A stretch of DNA of 64,000 nucleotides from Nitrospiraceae bacterium (GCA_021371915.1 JAJFVG010000144.1:28328-92327); one strand, 5' to 3'. Shown: positions 1 to 10,576, counted from the first letter of the stretch. Translations and numbers: made by a program. The notes: generated by a model not told the origin, from the sequence alone.

Positions 1-1
1 C

Positions 2-166
2 GAAGGCACCGTGATCAGGATTCAGGCGTCACAAAGAAGTCATGAAAATCATACCGTAGAGATTGCGCTCAAATTCAAAGATTTGTCGCCCCAGAAGAGG
101 CATCAGCTAAAAAAATTCCTCGGACTGATGATAAAAAAGACGAGGGGCTGCCCCTACTTTTCCTGA
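2..166 (+). CDS. C-terminal fragment of a possible PilZ-like domain protein (partial, enters from the left edge)
   Basis: Open frame 2 from the window edge to TGA at 164-166. The translation EGTVIRIQ...VEIALKFKDLSPQKRHQLKKFL resembles the C-terminal beta-strand plus helix of PilZ domains. It is only 54 codons and overlaps the 3' end of the convergent gene by 13 nt. Confidence 0.3.
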   Translation, partial: EGTVIRIQASQRSHENHTVEIALKFKDLSPQKRHQLKKFLGLMIKKTRGCPYFS

Positions 167-1080
167 GAGCTTTTTTTCACAGGATTATCATCAGGCAACA
201 CTCGCTTCCATCTTTTGTGAATCCATAGCCACTCCTGCGGCCATTTTTTCACATAATCCTCAATGCTGGATGTGAAGGAGATGGTATCGTCAATCACCGC
301 CTGCTCGCCTTCAGCATCAGAGAGCCTGATCTGCGGCGAGATCATTATCACATGTCCTGTGCCTTCCCTGCGGATGAAGACCGGCAGCACTGCTGCCCCT
401 GTTTTGCGCGCAAGCAGCGCAGGCATCTTTGTTGTCCATGCGCCCCTGCCCAGAAAGTCCACAACATAGCCTTCATCCTTTGATACAGCCTGGTCCATCA
501 GTATTCCGACAGAGCCGTTGCCCCTGAGCACAGACATGATTTGTCTCAGTGCTCCTTTTTTGTATATGACTTTGTTGCCGTATCGTGTGCGCATCCTCTC
601 GACCATGGCATCTATATACACATTGTTCTGCCTTCTTGCCACAACAGAGCTGGTTTTTATCTGAAGTCCGCATGCAATAGCCATAAGCTCCCAGTTGCCG
701 CAGTGACCTGTGATTGATATTATGCCTTTATTCTGAGCAATGGCATGCAAAAAATTGTCTATACCCTCGATGCGCACATTCTCCATTATCTTTCTGCCGA
801 ACCCAGCATATATCTTCACCATCTCGGCAAAGGACTCCCCGAGGTTCTCCATATTTTCTCTGGCCAGTGATGCGGGATTTGACGATATGGCAAGCCCTCC
901 GCTTTTACAGGCGAGCTTTATATTTTCTATGGCTATTTTTCTTCTGCTGCGCCACAGAAAATGAACAGCTGCGCCGAGCAGTCTGCCGAGCCTGCGCGAA
1001 AACGCAAGCGGCAAAAACGCAAACGGAATGCTGAAAAGCACAAGGACAATGGCTGCAATGCGTTCAAGCAGGCTCTTCAT
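154..1080 (-). CDS. LpxL/HtrB-family lipid A (lysophospholipid) acyltransferase
   Basis: 308 aa with an N-terminal TM helix and the ITGHCGNWE motif (the HX4E/D acyltransferase motif of the lauroyl/myristoyl acyltransferase family). Its ATG shares one base with the TAA stop of the upstream gene (TAATG). Confidence 0.8.
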   Translation of the reverse strand: MKSLLERIAAIVLVLFSIPFAFLPLAFSRRLGRLLGAAVHFLWRSRRKIAIENIKLACKSGGLAISSNPASLARENMENLGESFAEMVKIYAGFGRKIMENVRIEGIDNFLHAIAQNKGIISITGHCGNWELMAIACGLQIKTSSVVARRQNNVYIDAMVERMRTRYGNKVIYKKGALRQIMSVLRGNGSVGILMDQAVSKDEGYVVDFLGRGAWTTKMPALLARKTGAAVLPVFIRREGTGHVIMISPQIRLSDAEGEQAVIDDTISFTSSIEDYVKKWPQEWLWIHKRWKRVLPDDNPVKKSSQEK

Positions 1081-3542
1081 TATTTTGCTGCGCCGCCCTC
1101 TTCATCATTGCTTTTAGGCTTTGCCTGCTCTTCATCAGAATTGTTCTTTTCTTCGTCTTTTTTTGGCTTTAATGCCTCTGACATCTTCAGCAGTTTTGAA
1201 GCGACAATATTGTAGAGAGTACCTTCAGGATAAGTGCCGTCCTCAGACATCCCGCCGGCATTCATTCCTGCAAGTATCTCAAGCCCCTCTTCAACACGGT
1301 CAATAGCGTGGATGACAAATTTGTTCTGCTGCACAGCCTCAACTACGTCATGCCTTAGCATAAGGTTGGCAATATTCCTGCGCGGAATAATAACACCATG
1401 AGTGCCGTCAAGACCTCTTATCCTGCATAGATCAAAAAATCCCTCTATCTTTTCATTAACCCCGCCTATCGGCTGCACCTCGCCGGACTGGTCCATGGAG
1501 CCTGTAACAGCCAGGGACTGCTTCAAAGGCACTCCGCTTATGCTGCTTATAAGCGCATAGTACTCTGCGCAGGTAGCGCTGTCGCCCTCAACCATTTCAT
1601 ACAACTGTTCAAAGGTTATGGATGCAGAGAGGCTGAGCGGTTTTCTTCTTGCAAAGCAGCGGCCGAGATAACCGGAGAGGATCATTATCGCCTTTTCGTG
1701 TATCTTGCCGCTCATCTTTGTTTCGCGTTCTATGTTAACAATGCCGGCCTTGCCGGTATAAGTGCTTGCAGTTATTCTTGAAGGCTTGCCAAAACTATAG
1801 TCTCCAAGATCGAGCACAGCCAGACCATTGACCTGCCCTGCCTTTTGCCCTGACGTATCCACTATCAACACATCCTCCAGCATCAGCTCGCGCATCTTCT
1901 CTTCAATCCTGTTGGACCTGAATATCTTCTCGTTGAGAGCGCGCGTAACATGCTCCGCGCTTATGAGGGATGCGCCTGATTTTGTGGCCCAGTAGTGCGC
2001 CTCGCGCACAAGGTCTGCTATCTCGCTGAAACGGGTGGAGAGCTTTTTTTGATGGCCCGCTAGCCTTACACCGTATTCAACCACCTTGCTTACTCCGGTA
2101 TTGTCAAATGGAAGCAGCTTCTCTTCCTTCTGGCATGCTGCGACAAAATACGCATACTTCTTTACAGACTCCTCTGTAAGATCCATCCTGCTGTCAAAGT
2201 CCGCCTTCACCTTGAACAGGTCCTTATAGTCAGGATCAAGATTATAGAGCATGTAGTAGATGTACGGATGTCCGACGAGTATTATCTTAACGTCAAGGGG
2301 TATAGCCTCTGGCTTGAGCGTGGATGAGCTCATCAGCCTGTATTGCTCCCACACATCCTCAAGTTTTATCTCCCTGTTCTTAACAGCGCGCTTAAGTCCG
2401 TCATATGCCAAGATGTTCTTCAGCAGGTCCAGCGCATTGATAACAAGATAGCCGCCGTTTGCCTTGTGCAGAGAGCCTGCCTTTATCATGGTGAAATCCG
2501 TGGTCGCAAATCCGTACTGCATCTTGTACTCTACCCTGCCGGCAAGATTCAGATAAGTCGGATTGCTCTCTATGACTATCGGAGCACCCTTGCAGCCGCT
2601 ATTGTTAACTATCGTGTTCACTGAATACCTGGAAAAAGAGACTTCCTGCTTTGGCATCTTCATAAAGGGTAAGGGCGCGGGCTGCTCCTCTGTTGTCTTG
2701 AAGTCATCAAGATGTGAGAGCATGTCCTCCTTGACCGCCTCGAAATATGCTGTTATCTTTTCATGGCCGGAATATTTTTCTTTCAGCTCCTCTATGAAGT
2801 GTCCGACAGCGCCAAGACCTATCTGCCTGTCAAGTGACAAAAGCTCTTCCTTGATGCCCTTCTCCTCAACCCTCACGACCCTGACAAGGTCATCCAGTTT
2901 TTCCTGGAGCTGTTTGCCAATAGAATCTATGCTGGCCTTTGTAGCATCATCAAAATTATTGAACTCCTCTTCAGTCAGCGGTTCTCCATCCTTTTTCACA
3001 GGAACTATAACAAGACCTGACGGAGACTTGCGGAGCGCAAAACCCTTTGACATCGCCTCCTGCTCAAGTTCGGAAAAAAACTCTCTCTGCTTCTTCTGGA
3101 AGTTCTCTATTATCTTTGACTTCTGTTTTTCGTACTCCTTTGATTCAAAGGCCTTGGGAATTTCTGTGCGCAGACTCTTTACAAGATCATCCATATCCTT
3201 CTGCAGTTCAACACCCCTGCCTGGCTCAACAGATACGGCTGACGGCTCGTCAGGCTCCTTGAAGTTATATACATAGCACCAGTCAGACGGCACTTCCTGA
3301 CTGGATGCCCGCTCGGCAAGCAGCAGTTTTATGGCCCTCATCTTGCCGGTGCCGCTTTCGCCAAGCGCGAATATGTTGAATCCGTCACTGCATAAAGAGA
3401 GACCGAAGTCCAGGGCGGTCAGGGCCTTGTCCTGCCCGATGGTTGTACCGTCATGAAATACCAGATCATCCGTGCTGTTGAACTGAAGATCCGCTGGATC
3501 GCATTTCGTGAATAGCTCATGTGGTTGCAGTATTCTGGCCAT
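1080..3542 (-). CDS. Lon-like ATP-dependent protease (AAA+ ATPase plus S16 Lon protease domain)
   Basis: Walker A GESGTGK, a long helical insert, and a C-terminal Lon proteolytic domain (GDSATCAEYYALISS...GGVNEKIEGF). I prefer the start at MARILQ (3542) because GGAGG lies 5 nt upstream. The ORF track begins at 3572. Confidence 0.85.
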   Translation of the reverse strand: MARILQPHELFTKCDPADLQFNSTDDLVFHDGTTIGQDKALTALDFGLSLCSDGFNIFALGESGTGKMRAIKLLLAERASSQEVPSDWCYVYNFKEPDEPSAVSVEPGRGVELQKDMDDLVKSLRTEIPKAFESKEYEKQKSKIIENFQKKQREFFSELEQEAMSKGFALRKSPSGLVIVPVKKDGEPLTEEEFNNFDDATKASIDSIGKQLQEKLDDLVRVVRVEEKGIKEELLSLDRQIGLGAVGHFIEELKEKYSGHEKITAYFEAVKEDMLSHLDDFKTTEEQPAPLPFMKMPKQEVSFSRYSVNTIVNNSGCKGAPIVIESNPTYLNLAGRVEYKMQYGFATTDFTMIKAGSLHKANGGYLVINALDLLKNILAYDGLKRAVKNREIKLEDVWEQYRLMSSSTLKPEAIPLDVKIILVGHPYIYYMLYNLDPDYKDLFKVKADFDSRMDLTEESVKKYAYFVAACQKEEKLLPFDNTGVSKVVEYGVRLAGHQKKLSTRFSEIADLVREAHYWATKSGASLISAEHVTRALNEKIFRSNRIEEKMRELMLEDVLIVDTSGQKAGQVNGLAVLDLGDYSFGKPSRITASTYTGKAGIVNIERETKMSGKIHEKAIMILSGYLGRCFARRKPLSLSASITFEQLYEMVEGDSATCAEYYALISSISGVPLKQSLAVTGSMDQSGEVQPIGGVNEKIEGFFDLCRIRGLDGTHGVIIPRRNIANLMLRHDVVEAVQQNKFVIHAIDRVEEGLEILAGMNAGGMSEDGTYPEGTLYNIVASKLLKMSEALKPKKDEEKNNSDEEQAKPKSNDEEGGAAK

Positions 3543-3614
3543 CTGTCCTCCATTTTCTGAAGTGTAATGCAAAATAATATATCACTATGCAGGAGAAAAA
3601 TCACGCACTGCCTG

Positions 3615-4532
3615 TTACTTGGCCCGCGGGTGGTGCTCCACATACTGTTTTTTAAGCCTGTCTCCAGACACGCGGGTATATATCTGGGTGGTGGATATGT
3701 CAGAGTGTCCAAGCATCTTCTGCACTGACCTCAGGTCAGCCCCGCCCTCGAGCAGGTGCGTGGCAAAGCTGTGCCTTATGGTGTGCGGGGTAAGCTCTAT
3801 GCCGGCAGCGCTGCCGAATTTTTTGAGCGCCTGCCAGAACCTCTGCCTTGTCATGGGCTTGCCTCTTGACGTCACAAAAAGATACGGGGACTGCCTGCCT
3901 TTAAGAAGCGATGGCCTCAGTCCGCTCATATAACGAGTTATTGACTCGATTGCCCTGCTGTTTATCGGCACGACCCTCTCTTTTGAGCCCTTGCCGATCA
4001 CTCTGAGAAACCCTGCATCAAAATTAATATCATTAATCTTTATGCCCAGCACTTCGCTCACCCTGAGTCCGGATGAGTAAAGGAGCATGAGCATGGCGGA
4101 ATCCCTTACAAAAACCGAACTGTCAAGACTCACGGAGAGCAGCTTGCGCATATCATCCACGCTCAATGCCTTGGGCAGTCTGTCCCACTTTTTTGGAATG
4201 GTCAATGTCTCGGCAGGGTCTTCCTTCAGGCCTTTTGTTGATACCAGAAACTTTGAGAACACCTTTACTGAAGAGATAAATCTGGCGATGCTCGCCCCTG
4301 AATATCCGCTGTCTAGCATGGCAGCAACATAAGCCACAGCATCAGCCTTTGTGAATGAGACCATACTGCGCCGCTTGTCCGAAATAAACGCGGCAAAGCC
4401 CTTCAGGTCCTGAATGTAGGAAGAGACAGTGTTTTTAGCCAGCCCGCGCTCAACAGAGAGGTAAGCGGCAAAATCATCAAGCAGAGCAGCAGATGAACTC
4501 GCTGATCCTTGTGGAGTCTTTGAGTTTTTCAT
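3615..4532 (-). CDS. xerD: tyrosine site-specific recombinase XerD/XerC
   Basis: N-terminal SAM-like core-binding domain (YLSVERGLAKNTVSSYIQDL) and catalytic tail HTIRHSFATHLLEGGADLRSVQKMLGHSDISTTQIYTRV with the R-H-R-Y residues. The ATG at 4532 is preferred over the TTG at 4547. The gene overlaps the upstream gene by about 56 nt. Confidence 0.9.
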   Translation of the reverse strand: MKNSKTPQGSASSSAALLDDFAAYLSVERGLAKNTVSSYIQDLKGFAAFISDKRRSMVSFTKADAVAYVAAMLDSGYSGASIARFISSVKVFSKFLVSTKGLKEDPAETLTIPKKWDRLPKALSVDDMRKLLSVSLDSSVFVRDSAMLMLLYSSGLRVSEVLGIKINDINFDAGFLRVIGKGSKERVVPINSRAIESITRYMSGLRPSLLKGRQSPYLFVTSRGKPMTRQRFWQALKKFGSAAGIELTPHTIRHSFATHLLEGGADLRSVQKMLGHSDISTTQIYTRVSGDRLKKQYVEHHPRAK

Positions 4533-5256
4533 AGAATATGTCCGCAAGTTTGAGAAGACTGAGAGTGTCTTCCTTGTTATAGAGCAGAAGCAGGTCGCGC
4601 GCCTCTGTGCTGCCGCGCCTCGCCTGCTCCCACAGTTTTACAGCAGCATAGCCGTCAATGCCCTTTACAGCCTCTTCTCTTTCAATACCGAAGACCTGCT
4701 CTATCTTCTTCAGTCCGCCTTCGATGCCGAGCTTTCTGGAAGCAAAGCAGAGATCAAAGTGCGGGATATCAAAGCGCACGGCCGGCATGGATCTTTGCAG
4801 AAACGGCACATCAAAAACAGAGCCGTAAAAAGTAATAAGGCATTTATATCCGTTCAGCTCCCGGTTTATATTCTCTGCCGTAAGGTTTTCACCCCGCATC
4901 AGATATTTCCAGTCAAAACCATTGTACAGACCGACGACAGTAGCATATCCGCCGGAGCCCGGCTGGTAGCCGTTTGTCTCTATATCAAGACAAACCGCAT
5001 TATCCCTGAAGGTTTTGAAGAGTCGCCACTGTTCTTTTCTGCGGACGGTTTTTGTGAAGTATTCAGCATTGCCCTTGCGGAGTTCATCAGAAGCCTGCGT
5101 GAGTTGTTCGTCAAACTGGCTCTTTCTGTCAGGGCTTATGCCGTCTATATAGTCTGCCTTGCAGAAATCATCCCATGTGAGGATGCCTTGCTGCCAGATC
5201 TTGAACTCGAGCTTTTCGCCGATGCCGTTCAAAAGAGAGAATGTATGCCTTATCAT
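4477..5256 (-). CDS. RNase H-like (YprB / PolB-exonuclease-like) domain protein
   Basis: 259 aa with an N-terminal HhH-like LLNGIGEKLE and an acidic exonuclease-type motif CLDIETNG. The overall pattern matches the RNase_H_2 (COG3359-type) predicted exonucleases. Confidence 0.65.
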   Translation of the reverse strand: MIRHTFSLLNGIGEKLEFKIWQQGILTWDDFCKADYIDGISPDRKSQFDEQLTQASDELRKGNAEYFTKTVRRKEQWRLFKTFRDNAVCLDIETNGYQPGSGGYATVVGLYNGFDWKYLMRGENLTAENINRELNGYKCLITFYGSVFDVPFLQRSMPAVRFDIPHFDLCFASRKLGIEGGLKKIEQVFGIEREEAVKGIDGYAAVKLWEQARRGSTEARDLLLLYNKEDTLSLLKLADIFYEKLKDSTRISEFICCSA

Positions 5257-5392
5257 TTCAGACAGCTCCTTTCAATCTGTCTATTATACTCCGCCATACC
5301 CATAAATGCATAATTTAAACACTATTGAATGCTTGCAATAACGCGATCAGTTGCTCATTGAGAAATTCTGATCTTTGTGTCATCATCTCAAC

Positions 5393-5962
5393 ATGGAAAC
5401 TGTTATCAGCATATGCCTCGGAATCGGCCTGGCTGCTGCAACGGGCTTCAGGGTATTCATACCTCTGCTCGCTCTGAGCATAGCCTCGATTGCAGGCTAT
5501 CTTCCGCTCTCTGACAACTTTCAGTGGATAGCCACATATCCAGCGCTCACCGCATTTGCGACTGCTGCTGCGATCGAGATAGGGGCATACTACATACCCT
5601 GGCTCGATCACCTTATGGACACTATCGCTGCGCCAGCCGCGCTCATAGCCGGTGCTGTTGTTATGGCATCGAATATTACAGAGGTCAATCCCCTGCTCAA
5701 ATGGACTCTCGCCATCATTGCCGGCAGCGGCACTGCTGCGATATTTCATGGAGCCACATCACTGCTGCGCGGCGCCTCAACTGCCACAACCGGCGGTGTA
5801 GGCAATCCTCTTGTTGCGACTGCTGAACTCGGCATCTCATCAATTCTGAGCCTGCTTGCCATTTTGGTGCCTGTGCTGGCTGCTGTGATTATAGCGCTGG
5901 TGACAATCATCATCATCCGAAAGATAGTTAAAAAAAGAAAAGTCCCGACCCAGCCGCAGTGA
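5393..5962 (+). CDS. DUF4126 family integral membrane protein
   Basis: GIGLAAATGFRVFIPLLALS...AAIEIGAYYIPWLDHLMDTIAAPAA is the signature stretch of DUF4126 proteins. There are several TM helices. The ATG at 5393 is preferred over the TTG at 5375. Confidence 0.75.
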   Translation: METVISICLGIGLAAATGFRVFIPLLALSIASIAGYLPLSDNFQWIATYPALTAFATAAAIEIGAYYIPWLDHLMDTIAAPAALIAGAVVMASNITEVNPLLKWTLAIIAGSGTAAIFHGATSLLRGASTATTGGVGNPLVATAELGISSILSLLAILVPVLAAVIIALVTIIIIRKIVKKRKVPTQPQ

Positions 5963-5994
5963 TCCGAAATACCGGCCCTGTGTTAAAATTTCGG

Positions 5995-6780
5995 ATGCGA
6001 AATATCGCCCTCCTGATTCAATACGACGGCACAAGCTACAGCGGATGGCAATCGCAGCCAAATGCTGTTACGCTTCAGGCGTTGATTGAGGAGAAGATCA
6101 GCAAAATAACAGGCAGGCAGGTCAATCTTGTTGCTGCGGGCCGCACTGACGCAGGCGTGCATGCGCTCGGACAGGTTGCTTCATTCAAAACAGAATCAAC
6201 TCATGATCCTTTGACGATCAGGAATGCGCTTAATGCCCTGCTGCCGCCTGACATCAGGATAATGAACGCAGCATATGCTGATGCAGAATTTCATCCCAGA
6301 TTCGATGCGCTTGAAAAATCCTATATCTACATCATTGCTACAGACAGGGTTGTATCTCCTTTTGTTCACAGGTATGCCTGGAGACTGCCTTATGATCTTG
6401 ATGTTGATGCAATGAGGGCAGCTTCGCTGAATCTTACCGGCAGGCATGATTTCTCAGCATTCAGGGGGGCCGGATGCGGAGCAAAAACAACAGTTCGCAA
6501 CATGATATCTCTCACAATCGAAGAGACAAATGCCATAGGATTCATGACAGGCAGCATCAGCGGCAGATTTATAATACTCAGGTTGAAAGCTGACGCATTT
6601 TTGCGGCACATGGTCAGAAACATTACAGGCACTCTTGTTGAGGCAGGCAGAGGAAAGTTACAGCCTGATGACATAAAAAAAATCCTGGAATCACTGGACA
6701 GAAAAAAAGCAGGCCCCACTGCACCGGCCTGCGGGCTTTTCATGGAGCAGGTTTGGTACAAAGACCCGCTCCAGTGGTGA
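5995..6780 (+). CDS. truA: tRNA pseudouridine(38-40) synthase TruA
   Basis: IQYDGTSYSGWQSQ and AAGRTDAGVHA (catalytic Asp) motifs. The start is uncertain: ATG at 5995 or GTG at 5959. Confidence 0.9.
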   Translation: MRNIALLIQYDGTSYSGWQSQPNAVTLQALIEEKISKITGRQVNLVAAGRTDAGVHALGQVASFKTESTHDPLTIRNALNALLPPDIRIMNAAYADAEFHPRFDALEKSYIYIIATDRVVSPFVHRYAWRLPYDLDVDAMRAASLNLTGRHDFSAFRGAGCGAKTTVRNMISLTIEETNAIGFMTGSISGRFIILRLKADAFLRHMVRNITGTLVEAGRGKLQPDDIKKILESLDRKKAGPTAPACGLFMEQVWYKDPLQW

Positions 6781-6784
6781 TCCG

Positions 6785-7429
6785 CTATTCTATCTCGCGC
6801 TCAAGCCGCTCCAGCATCTCTTTCTTTTCCTGGTCATCTCGGCAGTATATGGCAAAAGGCAAAACTTTCAGACGCTCTTCGCTGATCTCTTCTCCGCACT
6901 CTTCACATATTCCGTAAGTACCTTCATCAATCTTTCTCAGTGCAATATCGATCTTTGTGAGCATGTCTTTATGCGTGCTCAGCTTTTTGAGATTTATGTC
7001 TTCCGAAAGGTCAACAACAGAGAGGTCTCCGTCATCCATCACTGTCTCGACAAGCTGACGCTTTTCGCCGGATATGTATTTTCTGATCTCCGATTGAGAT
7101 TCCTTCAGGAGCTCTTCTCTTTTTGAAATGAGTATCCTGCGAAGTCGCTCATTCCTGTCCTGTTTGGAAAGGACTGCTCTGTCTGCTGAAGCCTGTTTCT
7201 TTACAGCTGTTTTTACCGGCGCTTTTTTGGCTGCGCTGCTTTTGGGAGCAGTTCTCGGGGTGCTCTTTTTGGAAGAAACCGCTGACGCAGGCTTTTTAGA
7301 ATTGTTTTTTGACGCAGAAGCCTTTTTGATTACAGCTGCCTTTGTCTTTTTAGTCGCAGACTTAGAGGCGGAAGCAGTATGTGCGGCACTGGAGCGTTTG
7401 GTCGTCTTTTTCGTCTGTTTTATGGGCAT
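6785..7429 (-). CDS. DksA/TraR-family zinc-finger protein with a long Lys/Ala/Ser-rich N-terminal tail
   Basis: The C-terminal half has the DksA coiled-coil and CEECGEEISEERLKVLPFAIYC. The first ~95 aa are KKTTKRSSA...KKAPVKTAVKK, which is histone H1-like. AGGAGG lies 6 nt upstream of the ATG. Confidence 0.75.
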   Translation of the reverse strand: MPIKQTKKTTKRSSAAHTASASKSATKKTKAAVIKKASASKNNSKKPASAVSSKKSTPRTAPKSSAAKKAPVKTAVKKQASADRAVLSKQDRNERLRRILISKREELLKESQSEIRKYISGEKRQLVETVMDDGDLSVVDLSEDINLKKLSTHKDMLTKIDIALRKIDEGTYGICEECGEEISEERLKVLPFAIYCRDDQEKKEMLERLEREIE

Positions 7430-7443
7430 TGCAGCCTCCTGAC

Positions 7444-7482
7444 AAAAAATCCCGCAGCGGATCTCCGCTATTTTTCTGCGGG
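7444..7482 (-). terminator. rho-independent terminator-like hairpin plus T-run after the small ORF, just upstream of the dksA-like RBS
   Basis: Minus strand reads CCCGCAG...AGCGGAGATCCGCTGCGGG followed by ATTTTTTGTC. The GC-rich stem arms are 7451-7457 and 7476-7482. Confidence 0.55.
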
Positions 7483-7602
7483 TGCTTCCTCTTTGAAAAC
7501 CTCTGTTATGCTGATGACTTTTATGCCGGCCTGCTCAAGCGCCTTCTGCACATCCACAGCCTTGGCATCGCTGACCTTCAGGATATAGTTGATATTGAGC
7601 AT
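7468..7602 (-). CDS. unannotated small ORF, 44 aa (MLNINYILKVSDAKAVDVQKALEQAGIKVISITEVFKEEAPAEK)
   Basis: The ATG (7600-7602) immediately follows the frr TAG stop (7603-7605). GGAGGT lies 6 nt upstream, inside the frr 3' end. The ORF ends at TAG 7468-7470, inside the terminator hairpin. It is below the 60-aa cutoff of the ORF track. Confidence 0.5.
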   Translation of the reverse strand: MLNINYILKVSDAKAVDVQKALEQAGIKVISITEVFKEEAPAEK

Positions 7603-8157
7603 CTATACCTCCATTATCTCCTGTTCTTTATGCGCAAGCACTTCGTCCACCTTCACTATGAACGAGTCTGTTGCCTTCTGCACCTCGTCATGGAAACGCT
7701 TTGCATCGTCCTCGCTCACATGGTTTTCTTTCTCTTTTTTCTTGGACTCTTCGTTTATATCCCTTCTTATGTTGCGGATGGTGATCTTCGCCTCTTCAGC
7801 GCGTTTTTTTACAACCTTCACAAGCTGTTTCCTGCGCTCCTCTGTAAGCGGAGGTATGGATATGCGTATTGTCTTGCCGTCATTGCCGGGAGTAAGTCCG
7901 AGGTCGGATTTGAGTATTGCTTTTTCAATCTCGCTGATAAGCTTCTGGTCCCACGGCTGTATGGTGAGAGTCCTGCTGTCAGGAACTCCCAGGGCAGCAA
8001 CCTGGGTCAACGGGCTGTGAGCGCCGTAGTAGTCGACATTGATGCCCTCAAGCAGGGCCAAAGAAGCGCGGCCTGTCCTGATGGATGCAAAATCTTTTTT
8101 CAGGGAATCAATCGCTCCCTGCATCTTTTCATTGGTCTTCTTCTTTAAATCGTTCAT
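7603..8157 (-). CDS. frr: ribosome recycling factor
   Basis: 184 aa; the translation is canonical Frr throughout (IRTGRASLALLEGINVDYYG...LGLTPGNDGKTIRISIPPLTEERRK). Confidence 0.95.
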   Translation of the reverse strand: MNDLKKKTNEKMQGAIDSLKKDFASIRTGRASLALLEGINVDYYGAHSPLTQVAALGVPDSRTLTIQPWDQKLISEIEKAILKSDLGLTPGNDGKTIRISIPPLTEERRKQLVKVVKKRAEEAKITIRNIRRDINEESKKKEKENHVSEDDAKRFHDEVQKATDSFIVKVDEVLAHKEQEIMEV

Positions 8158-8213
8158 CAGTATTCACCCCGAAAAATTTTGTTTAAAGAAGCTTGTTGAA
8201 GCAGTAAACCGGC

Positions 8214-9614
<1,401 letters not shown>

Positions 9615-9615
<1 letters not shown>

Positions 9616-10382
9616 TACGCATTCTCCTTTATCTGCTCATCTTCTGTCTTTTTCTCTTCAATCTGGGCTGCTTCAGCCTTATCAGCGAGTCCTTTTTCGC
9701 GCTCGCCCCTTCCCTGTATTATGGCATCAGCCATCTTTGTTGAGATCAGCTTTATCGCCCTGATAGCATCATCATTGCCGGGGATCACATAGTCAGCCTC
9801 ATCAGGATCGCAGTTTGTATCCACAATCGCGACTATCGGGATCGAGAGTCTTCTTGCCTCAGCAACAGCTATCTTCTCTTTTCTCGGGTCAATGATGAAG
9901 AGCGCTCCAGGCAGTCCGGGCATGTCTTTTATGCCGCTCAGGTTCTTTTCGAGCTTTACCCTCTCCTTTTCGAGCTCAAGAGCCTCTTTCTTTGTCAGAT
10001 GGTTTATTGTGCCATCCTCTTTCATCTGCTCAATCTTTTTGAGTCTTGTTATACTCTTTTTGACTGTGGCAAAGTTTGTAAGCATGCCGCCAAGCCATCT
10101 GTAGTTGACAAAGTAAGCTCCAGCCCTCTTTGCTTCTTCTGTTATCGAGTCCTGGGCCTGTTTTTTAGTGCCCACATACAGTATCGGTGCGCCTGTGGCT
10201 GCAATGCTTTTTACATACTTGAATGCCTCTTCAATGCCCTTGAGGGTCTTCTGCAGGTCAACTATGTGTATGCCGTTTCTCTCACCAAAGATATACTTCT
10301 TCATCTTCGGGTTCCAACGTTTTACCTGGTGTCCGAAATGGACTCCGGCCTCAAGCAGCTCTTTCATTGTTACAACACTCAT
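9615..10382 (-). CDS. rpsB: 30S ribosomal protein S2
   Basis: [22 protein letters not shown]... is canonical S2, with an acidic C-terminal tail. Confidence 0.95.
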
Positions 10383-10481
10383 AACTAAACTCCTCCTTAT
10401 GGTTTACCTCCGCCCAGTGTCTTCAACCCGCAATGCGGGACCATGCAGACACATTTTTCAGGCGTGCGTTTTTGGTCAAGG

Positions 10482-10511
10482 ATTTTATCATAGTTTATAC
10501 CGTAAATTCAA
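10482..10511 (-). promoter_or_regulatory. candidate sigma70 promoter of the rpsB-tsf-pyrH-frr operon
   Basis: Minus strand has TTGAAT (10506-10511), an 18 nt spacer, then TAAAAT (10482-10487). An ~90 nt leader follows with a CCCGCATTGCGGG hairpin. Confidence 0.35.
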
Positions 10512-10567
10512 ACATATATTACCAGCACCCATTAAAAGCCCCCTTGTAGCGCTCCTGTGAGCCAAAA

Positions 10568-10576
10568 TGCTAAAAT
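10568..10576 (+). promoter_or_regulatory. extended -10 box (TGcTAAAAT) 6 nt upstream of the mqnD ATG
   Basis: TG at 10568-10569 and TAAAAT at 10571-10576. The spacer ttccca precedes the ATG at 10583, and no purine-rich SD is present. Confidence 0.4.

Noticed and set aside
2563-3276. Long antisense ORFs opposite conserved genes: 2563-3276, 7381-8148, 8966-9763, 35398-35934, 36102-36821, 38237-39064, 38571-39290, 39331-39996, 52633-53280, 53490-54074 and 59441-60403.
   Set aside because: Each lies entirely inside, and antisense to, a gene with unmistakable family motifs. Their translations are low-complexity (Ser/Leu/Cys/Phe-rich) with no recognisable motifs and no RBS. This is the typical stop-codon-poor antisense frame.
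3615-5256. XerD-type recombinase plus RNase H-like exonuclease as a possible integrative mobile element or phage remnant.
   Set aside because: The recombinase has the full housekeeping XerC/XerD signature. No phage, transposase, conjugation or cargo genes flank it, there are no flanking repeats or adjacent tRNA, and the neighbours are core genes (truA, Lon-like protease, lipid A acyltransferase).
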